DNA of 64,000 nt, taken from assembly GCF_028290645.1 (NCBI RefSeq), contig NZ_JAQGJL010000199.1, positions 523-64,522 of the forward strand. Direction: 5' to 3'. The DNA is from Devosia sp. Its GTDB lineage: Bacteria; Pseudomonadota; Alphaproteobacteria; Rhizobiales; Devosiaceae. The notes beneath the pieces are model-generated. The model was given only the letters and a program-made list of their open reading frames with translations, was not told the origin of the DNA and searched no databases. Below are positions 25,900 through 34,162 of the stretch, piece by piece. A program made the position numbers and the translations under genes. The number at the start of each line of letters is the position of its first letter. Position 1 is the first letter of the stretch.

Positions 25900-27761
25900 G
25901 CGGAGGCACCTGCGAGGGAGGCGAGATAGTCGTCCAAGCCGTGATCCTCCCCGAGTTCATTATCCGCGGCGCCGGCGGCCATTGCCGAAGTGACGAGCCC
26001 GTCGATACGGCCCCGGCTTCGTTCCTTGTCGAAGGCCCGGTTCTCCTGCCCGTCGCTCACGACGTGAGCATTGGCGGCGCAGGAGGTGGTGACCGGCGAG
26101 TCCTCGATGGTGATCGTCTTGGCGAGGATGCGATCCTCGAACCGTTCGATGCTGCGAGGCATCGTCAACTGCTTGTCCTCGAAGCGGACCAACTTGCCCT
26201 GGGCATGGCTCACCAGCTTGAGGCCGGTTCCTTCTGGCTTGTCCGGCCCCTCGAACTTCCACACCGGGAAGCCGATTTCCTCACACGCTGCGATGAAGTC
26301 AGCGATGCCGGCGGGGTCGAAGGCGAGGAATTGAACGTCGTGCTCCGCGCAAAGCTTGGCGACTTCCGCCGCGATGAAGGTCTTGTCGATGACCGCGCCA
26401 TCAACGGCGGTGATCAGATTGGCCGCGACCCATTCAACGTAGGGCGCCTGGTCGGCGATCGATCGTTCCTTGAGCCGATCGCGAACCGTCCAGTACCAGG
26501 TCTTCTCCCAGAGGTGGCCTTTGGCATCGAGCCACGCCCCGGTGAGAGCGGTGAGGTCGTTCTTCTTCGACAGGTCCAATGAGAGCCAGCACTTGCAGCC
26601 CTTGAGCCTGGCCGGATCGACCTCGCCCTGCACCGCCAGCCATGCATCCTCGGCGATCCAGAACTCCGTCGCGCCGACCGGGATGCCGAAATACAGACGC
26701 TTCGTCGACAACGCCGTCGAGAGCATTTGCTTGGCCGTGTTGACCATGCCCTCGATGTTCTCGCGCGGGAACGTGATCCCCAGCGCCGGCAGAGACTTCG
26801 ACCACACCTCCGGGGTCTCGAAGATCGTCTCGTGATCCTTGGCATCGACGCGGGCGATGAAGCTGAAGGCCTCGTCGTCAAAGAACTTGCCCTGAGCAAC
26901 CTTCTGATAGAAGGCCGAGTAGTTCGAACCGACGATCTGGTCTACCGCCGGCGTGTTGGTCCCCAGCAACATCAGGGCATCGCCCGGCATCTTGCCGATG
27001 GCCGCTTTCCACACTTCTATCGAAGTGTTGGCCTTGAACTCGTGGATCTCATCCGCCGCAACCAGCACCGGCTTCGGACCAGATACCGCCTCGCCGTTTG
27101 CCAGCGCCTGAAACAGCGAGCCCGATTCCGGGAACTCGACCTTCCACGCGTTATCGCCTTCGCCGCGGATCAGCGCGATGCCGCGCTCGACCAGGGTGTC
27201 GGCTTCGTCGACCTCCTCACCCGGCGCCGGCGGGATCGGCCCGCGACACATCGCGACCGCATCCTTGAACAGCACGTTGGCCGTGTTCCGGTCCTGCCCA
27301 ATGGCGAATGCCTTGGCGCGGGGGATACCGTAGAACCCGGTCATGTAAAGGCCGATGGCCGCCATCAGTGGCGACTTGGCCTGCCCCTTGCCGGTCTCCA
27401 GCCAGGCTGAACGAAACCGCATCCGGCCGCTCGTCTTCCGCCAGCCGAAGATCGACCCGACAACAAACACGTGCCACGGGAGCAATTCGAACGGCAGCCC
27501 AACCTTGGCGCCTTCCGAGATCGTCAGCATCGCCGGGAAGAACCCCAGAGCATGCGCTGCCCGATCCAGCTCCCACCGCAGACCACGGTCCGGCCCGTGC
27601 TTCAGGTCGTCGAGGTGGCGCTTACACGCCGCAATCTCGAACTCACCGGGCAACGAACCATCCGGCCGGCGCCCCGCCGCAACAGCGAGCGCATAAGCCG
27701 TGGTCGGATCATTTGACGGCGGAGAGGTATCCGTCGGCCGCGCGGGCCGCTTTCTTGCCAT
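25896..27761 (-). CDS. terL: terminase large subunit
   Basis: About 620 aa. ATG at 27761 (MARKRPARPTDTSPPSNDPTTAYALAVAAGR) overlaps terS by about 53 nt. The start is uncertain (listed ORF starts at 27830). Confidence 0.9.
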   Translation of the reverse strand: MARKRPARPTDTSPPSNDPTTAYALAVAAGRRPDGSLPGEFEIAACKRHLDDLKHGPDRGLRWELDRAAHALGFFPAMLTISEGAKVGLPFELLPWHVFVVGSIFGWRKTSGRMRFRSAWLETGKGQAKSPLMAAIGLYMTGFYGIPRAKAFAIGQDRNTANVLFKDAVAMCRGPIPPAPGEEVDEADTLVERGIALIRGEGDNAWKVEFPESGSLFQALANGEAVSGPKPVLVAADEIHEFKANTSIEVWKAAIGKMPGDALMLLGTNTPAVDQIVGSNYSAFYQKVAQGKFFDDEAFSFIARVDAKDHETIFETPEVWSKSLPALGITFPRENIEGMVNTAKQMLSTALSTKRLYFGIPVGATEFWIAEDAWLAVQGEVDPARLKGCKCWLSLDLSKKNDLTALTGAWLDAKGHLWEKTWYWTVRDRLKERSIADQAPYVEWVAANLITAVDGAVIDKTFIAAEVAKLCAEHDVQFLAFDPAGIADFIAACEEIGFPVWKFEGPDKPEGTGLKLVSHAQGKLVRFEDKQLTMPRSIERFEDRILAKTITIEDSPVTTSCAANAHVVSDGQENRAFDKERSRGRIDGLVTSAMAAGAADNELGEDHGLDDYLASLAGASA

Positions 27762-28140
27762 TGGGTACTTTCGTCGCTGCAGCACGCCGGCGCGGCGACA
27801 GGCCGAATTCCTGCTCGAGCACCGCGGCATCGGATGCCGCCTCGCGCATCACCGTGAAGTGCGGCGAGGTCCGAGCGATGGCTTTCGGGTTGCCGCGTTT
27901 CGGCTTCGTCACCGCGCCATTCTCGGCAACCTCTCGGGCGGCGCGATCGTAGAGGATGTAGTCGACCACCAGGCGCTGCAGAGCGTGGGCATTGCCCGGG
28001 GCCAGCAGTTGCCGGTCTCGCAGCTCCGTGGTGACCACCCGCCAGTGTTCCTTGGCCGCTGCGATCTCCAGCACGTCGGAGAACAGCGAGTCCCAATCCG
28101 GCTCCGGCACCACTGCGCCAGTGTTTTCGATCACGTTCAT
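27709..28140 (-). CDS. terS: terminase small subunit (P27 family-like)
   Basis: 143 aa. The pattern ...LLAPGNAHALQRLVVDYILYDRAAREVAENGAV...EFGLSPRRRAA is typical of P27-type small terminases. Confidence 0.8.
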   Translation of the reverse strand: MNVIENTGAVVPEPDWDSLFSDVLEIAAAKEHWRVVTTELRDRQLLAPGNAHALQRLVVDYILYDRAAREVAENGAVTKPKRGNPKAIARTSPHFTVMREAASDAAVLEQEFGLSPRRRAAATKVPNGKKAARAADGYLSAVK

Positions 28141-28164
28141 GCAGTTTACCCCTTCGGGGTACCC

Positions 28165-28422
28165 TCAACTTTTAGGTCTGAAATTGCTCTCGGTGCGAAC
28201 GAAGGCACCAGCGGTGTCCGCTATCGACCGGTTGGAGAGATTTTCCCTCCCCCCCCAGGGCTGGTCGACGACTTCAATCTCAATGTCATGGGGACCGATC
28301 GCACCTGCGAGCCTGAGCAGCACTGCCGTTGCCCACATGCGCAGCCCATAGGCACGTGGCATCCTCACCCTGAGGGTCAGCGTGGGCATGTCGACCTTGA
28401 TCGTACCTACGCCTTGGGCCAT
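28165..28422 (-). CDS. hypothetical phage protein (copy A of a duplicated gene)
   Basis: ATG at 28422 (MAQGVGTIKVDMPTLTLRVRMPRAYGLRMWATAVLLRLAGAIGPHDIEIEV). Paralogous to the frameshifted copy at 29077..29255. Confidence 0.5.
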   Translation of the reverse strand: MAQGVGTIKVDMPTLTLRVRMPRAYGLRMWATAVLLRLAGAIGPHDIEIEVVDQPWGGRENLSNRSIADTAGAFVRTESNFRPKS

Positions 28423-28427
28423 TGCGT

Positions 28428-28742
28428 TCACCTGTTCCATGGATGGTTGTGGTCTATCGGCCTGCCGTTGATGGCTATGGCCTGCTTAGGCGTGGGTGCC
28501 TTGAACCCGAACTGCTCTGCTGTCCGGATCGCATCGTGCTCGTCACACAGGTTGCGGGTGTTCTCGTCAGTGTCTGGTCCGCCCTTACTGAGGGGGATGG
28601 TGTGGTCCACCACGGTGGCGAGGGTGATACGGCCTAGAGCTTCGCAGTCCTCGCACAGGTAGTTGGTGCGCTTCAGCCTGCGGTCACGCTGCTTGACGCC
28701 TGCTCTGCCACGGAGGCGGGGTGTCGCGCGATGCCGGGGCAC
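28428..28742 (-). CDS. HNH endonuclease (terminase-associated type)
   Basis: CEDCEALGR...VDHTIPLSKGGPDTDENTRNLCDEHD carries the HNH motif. GTG start. Located just upstream of terS, as in HK97-like cos phages. Confidence 0.85.
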   Translation of the reverse strand: MPRHRATPRLRGRAGVKQRDRRLKRTNYLCEDCEALGRITLATVVDHTIPLSKGGPDTDENTRNLCDEHDAIRTAEQFGFKAPTPKQAIAINGRPIDHNHPWNR

Positions 28743-29045
28743 TTAGTTGTCATCGGGCGGTGGCGGGATGGGATATCCGCTACGGGTATAGCCGACGCCG
28801 CCCTTCTCGTTCTGTCCCGGGTGCTCGTCCTGCGACAACACGCTAGCAGCCAGCCGGCCAGTCTGCTGGCAAGGATGCGCGAGGGCGAACTGGTCATCAC
28901 CGAAGGCGGGGTTGACGTGACTGCCCGCGAGGTACGGATCCTGGGCAGTCAAATCGAGGGCCTTGAGGTTGTGCTTCGCATGTTCACCGGAATGGGCCGG
29001 CACGCCATCTAGCGGCCTGTGTAGGGTACGCGTTTCCCGCACCAA
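28743..29045 (-). CDS. hypothetical protein
   Basis: 100-aa ORF with a TTG start that abuts the HNH gene. Composition only moderately coding-like. Confidence 0.35.
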   Translation of the reverse strand: MVRETRTLHRPLDGVPAHSGEHAKHNLKALDLTAQDPYLAGSHVNPAFGDDQFALAHPCQQTGRLAASVLSQDEHPGQNEKGGVGYTRSGYPIPPPPDDN

Positions 29046-29076
29046 TTGTGTCCTGATCGAGTGTTATCGCGTATTT

Positions 29077-29255
29077 TCACGCAACCGCTTCCGGATCGCC
29101 CTCGACCTCGATGATGATGTCGTGCGGCCCTACCATCCGGCGAGACCGAGCAACCACCCGACGAGGCGCATGCGCACCCCATAGGCGCGCGGCATCTTCA
29201 CCTTGATGGTGAGCGTCGGGAATGGCAGGCTGATGGTCGGGGACAGCTGGGCCAT
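29077..29255 (-). pseudogene. frameshifted paralogue (copy B) of the 28165..28422 gene
   Basis: Hand translation gives MAQLSPTISLPFPTLTIKVKMPRAYGVRMRLVGWLLGLAGW* (29130-29255). It resumes in another frame as MVGPHDIIIEVEGDPEAVA* (29077-29136). Alignment to copy A implies a 1-nt deletion near 29133. Confidence 0.6.
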
Positions 29256-29300
29256 GGGGTTGGTGCCTGTGGTTGATGGCTGCCGGGAGGGGGATGCCAA

Positions 29301-29408
29301 ATGTTACGGGGTCGACGGGGGATTGGTTGGTTCATTTTGGGCTGGCTGGCGATCACCGCGGTGATCGCAGTGACACTGTACGGTCTATGGCAGCTGAGTG
29401 CTTACTGA
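29301..29408 (+). CDS. candidate 35-aa single-TM peptide
   Basis: Not in the ORF track (too short). GGAGGGGG about 8 nt upstream of the ATG. MLRGRRGIGWFILGWLAITAVIAVTLYGLWQLSAY. Confidence 0.3.
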   Translation: MLRGRRGIGWFILGWLAITAVIAVTLYGLWQLSAY

Positions 29409-29502
29409 TAGTACTTACCATGGGACAGCCGGGGGGCATCGCGCCACTGCGAGGGTCGGCGGGCTTGCTCGGCATGGTCTCCTAGTGCCGCACGAGGGTG
29501 CA

Positions 29503-29529
29503 TAAAAAAGAGAGCCGACGAGGCTCTCC
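29503..29529 (-). terminator. Rho-independent terminator downstream of the OMP gene
   Basis: On the minus strand, GAGAGCC-TCGTC-GGCTCTC stem-loop followed by TTTTTTAT. Confidence 0.7.
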
Positions 29530-29554
29530 TTTTCCCGGTGCGCTCTGGTTCCCG

Positions 29555-30388
29555 TCAGTCGAACTGATAGTTGATGCCGGCCTTCAGCACGTGCAGCTGC
29601 GTGTCGTATTCGTGGAAATTGGCGATGAACCCGCCAGCGCTGCTGCCTTCATACGAGACGTCGTCGAACCAGAGGTAGTTGTAGGCACCAAAGACCGAGA
29701 CATTCTCGCTGAGCTTCACATCCACCTGGGAGCCCACGGTGAAGCCCTGAGCCACCTTCTGGTCGGAGTACCCGGCCGAACTCTGGAATTCCGTACCGGC
29801 CCAGGCGAGACCGCCCACCGCCGAGATGAGCATATTGTCGCCCAGCGCGAAACCAACCTTGCCGGTTGCGGTCGCGAGCCAGTTGATGTCCATCGTCCCT
29901 TCGTAGATGCCGGGCTCCAGAGGGCCGTTGAGGAACGTGATCTCCGTAACGCCCGTATCCGAAATCGCAGCCAGCGATCCGGAAACCTCGGCGCCGACGA
30001 CAATGGAGCCGAACTGATGATTGTAGCCGATCTGCGCTCCAGCCAGCCAGCCAGCCAGATCGCTGAGGTCGTCAGAGGTGAACCACGGTGCACCGCCGTC
30101 TGGGTTTGCGAGGGCGGTTATGGCAACCGGCAAACCATTGCCGTCGCATCCGACGCCTTGCCCGGCGATCCATGACACCGAGCCCAAAGGAGCGTCGTCT
30201 CCGCAATCCAGCGAATCGACGGTCTGACCGAAGCCATATCCGACGTGGCCGCCAACGTAGACGCCGGTCCAGTCGCCCGTGACCACTTCGTCCTTCGCGA
30301 TCACGACTCCGGTCAGATCGGCGGCGGCTACCGATCCCGTCATCAGCAGCAGCGCCGCTGACGCAATTCCGAATGCAACGTTCTTCAT
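29555..30388 (-). CDS. outer-membrane beta-barrel protein (Omp25/Omp31 / OMP_b-brl family-like)
   Basis: ATG at 30388. Signal peptide MKNVAFGIASAALLLMTGSVAAA, alternating beta-strand pattern, C-terminal ...LKAGINYQFD. Confidence 0.85.
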   Translation of the reverse strand: MKNVAFGIASAALLLMTGSVAAADLTGVVIAKDEVVTGDWTGVYVGGHVGYGFGQTVDSLDCGDDAPLGSVSWIAGQGVGCDGNGLPVAITALANPDGGAPWFTSDDLSDLAGWLAGAQIGYNHQFGSIVVGAEVSGSLAAISDTGVTEITFLNGPLEPGIYEGTMDINWLATATGKVGFALGDNMLISAVGGLAWAGTEFQSSAGYSDQKVAQGFTVGSQVDVKLSENVSVFGAYNYLWFDDVSYEGSSAGGFIANFHEYDTQLHVLKAGINYQFD

Positions 30389-30550
30389 AGTGTGCCTCGC
30401 CAGTTCCAAGTTGCTCACATCTATGGCCTAATTCGCGCCGTTCGCGTGTAGCGGGGCGGTCACACTCAAGATCAATCCGTGGTTGGATCGCGGCCTTCCC
30501 GCGGCACAGGTGGGGCGCTTCGCCTGTCGTCAGCGGTTACGGCAAAACAC

Positions 30551-30580
30551 AAAAGCCCCGGCGCGATGTCGGGGCTTTTC
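30551..30580 (-). terminator. stem-loop terminator (usable in both orientations) downstream of the 30735..31748 gene
   Basis: AGCCCCG-9 nt-CGGGGCT flanked by A-run/T-run (AAAAGCCCCGGCGCGATGTCGGGGCTTTTC). Confidence 0.6.
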
Positions 30581-30734
30581 TCGTGGCGCCAAACGCCAAT
30601 CTAGGCCTTTGGTGCGCCCAACTGCCTGATTTGTCAATAGGTGTCCGAGCGCTCGCCCCGCGCCGCCGAACGGTCGGGCAGCAAGGCGCCACGCCGGGAT
30701 TGCATGACCGGCGCGCCGCCCGGAGGCTGGTTCC

Positions 30735-31748
30735 TCACATGGCTCTCCGGGTCGCAATGACCGCCGTCTCCCCGTCCGCGGTAAACGTCTGCTGGCTACC
30801 GTCCGACCACGCGGTGGGTTTCGCGTTGCGCGCGGGGTCAGCGGCGTAGCCGAACTCTTTAGCGAGCTCGTCAGTCGCCGCCAACACCTCGGCCGTTACC
30901 TTCTCCCGGGCGGCGCCTCCCTCGCCGTGTAGCAGCTCTAGCGCCACCGCCGAGACCGACATGCCGTGCACGATCATCTTCTCGACGACTAGGCACCGAT
31001 GACTTTCTGGACCGCCCAGGCGTTCTACTGCTGCCAGATACTTGCGGCGCGCCTCCTCCGTCCCCTCGATCTCATAATTCTCGCTCGGCCCCGAGGTGTC
31101 GACACGGGTCTTGCTGTAGTCGATCGCCTTGGCTCCCCCGATCAGCGCCCGCTCGGCTAGGTTGCGGTACTCCGCGGCAGCCTGCACTTGCGCCTCAGTC
31201 TTTCCCCGCACCCGGGCGAGACCGCCGATCAGGACCTGCATCGAGACGTCCGCCTTGATCCAGCCTACCCAGCGGGCGTCCGGAAACTTTGCCGATTCCT
31301 CGATGAACGTCGAGCGCGTCATCAGCGGGTCGGGGACATACCGCCGATCGACAGACGGGCCGTTGAAGATGGCGCGGCGTGCTGGGGCTGGACTGTTGGG
31401 CTCGTAAACCGCCAGGCCCTTGCCGAACCGTCGGCAGCGGGCGAGAGCGTCCGGAACCTTGGCCGTCGCCACCAGGTCGCCCGAGCCGGGCCCGGCGAAC
31501 ACCTGCAGCAGGACGCGACGCAACTTGCGGGCACTGTCCATGGATGGGGTTTCGACGACGCCCAGCACGTCGACCGTCACGCTCCTGTCGATGGTTTCGC
31601 CGCGGCGCTGTGCCAGGCGCTTCGCCCGGTCGAGATCCTGTCGGCGCGCAACCTGCTGCTCCATACGACTACGGGAGAGATCGACGCGCTTCGACACCCT
31701 GATCCGCGCCGAGGAACCGTCGAGGATGAAGATAATACCTGCATGCAT
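30735..31748 (-). CDS. hypothetical phage early protein; C-terminal region resembles DUF6456-type HTH
   Basis: ATG at 31748 (the listed start is GTG at 31763). The segment AAEYRNLAERALIGGAKAIDYSKTRVDTSG...EARRKYLAAVERLGGPESHRCLVVEKMIVHGMSVSAVA resembles that family. Assignment tentative. Confidence 0.55.
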   Translation of the reverse strand: MHAGIIFILDGSSARIRVSKRVDLSRSRMEQQVARRQDLDRAKRLAQRRGETIDRSVTVDVLGVVETPSMDSARKLRRVLLQVFAGPGSGDLVATAKVPDALARCRRFGKGLAVYEPNSPAPARRAIFNGPSVDRRYVPDPLMTRSTFIEESAKFPDARWVGWIKADVSMQVLIGGLARVRGKTEAQVQAAAEYRNLAERALIGGAKAIDYSKTRVDTSGPSENYEIEGTEEARRKYLAAVERLGGPESHRCLVVEKMIVHGMSVSAVALELLHGEGGAAREKVTAEVLAATDELAKEFGYAADPARNAKPTAWSDGSQQTFTADGETAVIATRRAM

Positions 31749-31845
31749 GCCGAAAGACCTCACTGGATGGAACCGTGTGAGGCCGGGGACGGGTAGAGCG
31801 GGGGTGCCAGATAGATGCCCTGATTTGCCCCGCCCCGCAAGCGGG

Positions 31846-32358
31846 CTAGGACACTTTGAACGCCTTCAGCTGGTCGAGAATTGCCAGGCGTTTGCTCGGT
31901 CGAACCTGGGCAGACGGAGTAGCCGGCTTACTCGGTAGCGTCGGCTCCGGGTTCTCTTCCATCCACCAATAGAGCGGCCTTCCACGGGTTTCCGCCAACG
32001 GCTCGCGGTGCCGCACGGGATTGTCATAGATGTTGGTCGTCAGGCCTCGCTCTCGAGCCAGCCCCAGCGCTTGGTCGCGACGCGACTTGTCGAGCCCCTG
32101 ACCGAGTACCCGTCGCCGCCCGCCCTCAACGGCCCCGACTATCCAGCCTTGGCTGTTCTCCACGGCATAGACTTCCTGAGTTCTAACCAGACGAGCCCGC
32201 CTTCCCTTCTGGGTCGAAGCCATCCTGCGCGCGTTCGTGGCGCCGAATAGTTTTGCGACGACAGCTTCATCTTCGGGGGCAAGGACCGAGTTGCTACTAG
32301 CCGCGGTCCACCCGCTCGCCCGAAGGGCGGCTTCTAGTTCGTCGAGATCGTCGGACAT
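31846..32358 (-). CDS. hypothetical phage protein
   Basis: 170-aa ORF with an ATG start and no recognisable domain. Confidence 0.5.
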   Translation of the reverse strand: MSDDLDELEAALRASGWTAASSNSVLAPEDEAVVAKLFGATNARRMASTQKGRRARLVRTQEVYAVENSQGWIVGAVEGGRRRVLGQGLDKSRRDQALGLARERGLTTNIYDNPVRHREPLAETRGRPLYWWMEENPEPTLPSKPATPSAQVRPSKRLAILDQLKAFKVS

Positions 32359-32844
32359 TATTTCATGGTCCTAAGTCTGTTGACGGTTCCTGATGTGTTC
32401 CATTTTCTCTTCGAGTCGGTCAACCGCATCCCCCGTAATCCACACCCCTCGATGGGGGTCGCGCAGTGTGCCATCTGCCTCGGCCGTCTGGGCTTATGCA
32501 GGATTGAGAGGGGAGGCCGTTGCATACGTCCCCCCAGACCAAAAGTCGGGGAGGACGCATCATGCAGGACCGAGCCGGGTAAGGCGCGAGGCATGAGCGG
32601 GCTGCCGGATTTCGCCCCCTTGTCGGTGGCGAGCGCTCTGGGGTTGACCTGTCAGAGCTACCGGTGCGTCTCAAATCAGCGGATCGCAAACGTCAGCCAG
32701 CCAGCCGACCGACGCGCGAGAGGTATCCCTCTTCCATGGACGGCGGTATCCCGCTTCGTTCATTTGATTGTGCCGTCCGTAGCCTCCGCTCTCGCTTGGC
32801 CGGACCCCCGACAGACGGGCTGGGCTATGTGCAGTTCGAGAGCT

Positions 32845-33042
32845 TTAGTGCTGCCGTTTCTTCCTGCCGCGCTTGCCTACGCCGTCCCAGGCGCGGGTCT
32901 GGGCGGCAGCGCTCTTGGCCGCGCCCCAGCCGGCGGCACGGGCTCCGCGGAACCCGTCGGCCGTCAAGATGCCCTTGGCGGCTCCGGGCCTGCATACCGT
33001 CACCCAGGCCTGCAGCGTCTCGTCAAAATATCGGTCAGTCAT
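32845..33042 (-). CDS. hypothetical small protein
   Basis: ATG at 33042 (MTDRYFDETLQAWVTVCRPGAAKGILTADGF...). Overlaps the upstream gene's end by 8 nt. Confidence 0.35.
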   Translation of the reverse strand: MTDRYFDETLQAWVTVCRPGAAKGILTADGFRGARAAGWGAAKSAAAQTRAWDGVGKRGRKKRQH

Positions 33043-33256
33043 TCGGCACCCATTGGAAGCGGTTGAAGGCGTCGACACGGGCGATTCCGCGCCTGACGAA
33101 ATGAAGTCCGATCTTGAGCCCCAAGTCGCTCAACGCCTCGACTCGACGCACGGGCTCGCCGTCTAGGGCAGCAGAGCCCAGTTCGATCGCGGTCATGACC
33201 TTGCGAAGCATGAGACGCTTCAGCGCCTGCCGCTCTCGCTTGTCGCGGTTCCTCAT
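33035..33256 (-). CDS. hypothetical small protein
   Basis: 73-aa ORF with a 4-nt overlap to the primase gene stop. Confidence 0.4.
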   Translation of the reverse strand: MRNRDKRERQALKRLMLRKVMTAIELGSAALDGEPVRRVEALSDLGLKIGLHFVRRGIARVDAFNRFQWVPND

Positions 33257-34029
33257 GGACGCCCCTCGCCGCGGATCAGCATCGAGATCAGGCGCTGCAC
33301 TTCGAAGATGCCGGCCTCCTGGTGGAGGTCGTTGACGTCCATTCCCTCGGCCGGCGGCATCAGGTATGGGCGCTCGGCCTTCCGCGCGAAATGCTCGCCG
33401 GCGCCGAGGCCACCGAACTGGTCGGGCTTTGCCTTGGGTGGCGCGTCGTGGTCAGCGGCAATGAAGCACCGGCCCCGGACGACAGAGGCCACCTTGGCGA
33501 TGTTCGCGGCGGAAAAGCACACCAGCACGGTGTCGCGGCGGTTCAGGCCCTTGAGAGCGAGGCGCAGCGACAGACCGGTGGCATAGCCCTCGCACAACCA
33601 TGTATCGCCGCCGGTGGCGATGCGATGAGCAGCACCGCCCATGTCGCCGCCATAGAGGAACCGCTTGGTGCCGTTGGCCCAGATGAGCTGCACGCTCGCC
33701 AGCCGCTGCCCGATGCGCGCCGGCACCACGATGGCGGCCTTTGCCCCGTGCGGCACCAGGTAGTCACCAGCGATTTCAGAGACCGTCTCGGCGGCGAGAA
33801 CGAGGGGACGCTCGTCGGGAAAACCCTTGCCGAGAAGGTACGGGTGAGGAGCTGCGGCGGCGGCACCTACAAGTCGGCCGGCGATGGCAGCCGCGCGATC
33901 GGACCGTTCGTGCTCATGGCGGCGGTCATCGTCACGCTGCCTCGCATACCGGCGCCGATCCTCGGGCGTCCGCTGCTCGTTGAGCCACACGGTGGATTTG
34001 TCGCCGGTCTGCCAGTTGAACGCGGTCAC
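33253..34029 (-). CDS. Toprim-domain DNA primase-like protein
   Basis: HPYLLGKGF motif, CEGYATGLS (Toprim Glu) and IAADHD (DxD), as in phage/plasmid Toprim primases. 258 aa. No zinc-finger or helicase domain visible. Confidence 0.75.
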   Translation of the reverse strand: MTAFNWQTGDKSTVWLNEQRTPEDRRRYARQRDDDRRHEHERSDRAAAIAGRLVGAAAAAPHPYLLGKGFPDERPLVLAAETVSEIAGDYLVPHGAKAAIVVPARIGQRLASVQLIWANGTKRFLYGGDMGGAAHRIATGGDTWLCEGYATGLSLRLALKGLNRRDTVLVCFSAANIAKVASVVRGRCFIAADHDAPPKAKPDQFGGLGAGEHFARKAERPYLMPPAEGMDVNDLHQEAGIFEVQRLISMLIRGEGRP

Positions 34030-34162
34030 GCGCTCGTCGTCGAGGATGACGCTGCCATCGCCCCTGCCGTTCTTGCCGATCGCGTCGGTGCGTATGCGCT
34101 GGGGGCGGTAATGACGGTGAAGTAGGGGGTGGTAGTGTATTACAAGGCTGCCGAGCTCTCCC

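Noticed and set aside
13614-28140. Possibility that the structural cluster is a gene transfer agent rather than a phage
   Set aside because: The cluster is physically linked to an integrase, AlpA, primase, HNH, small terminase, a full-length tape measure, multiple fibres and a lysis cassette. That fits a temperate phage, not a domesticated GTA.
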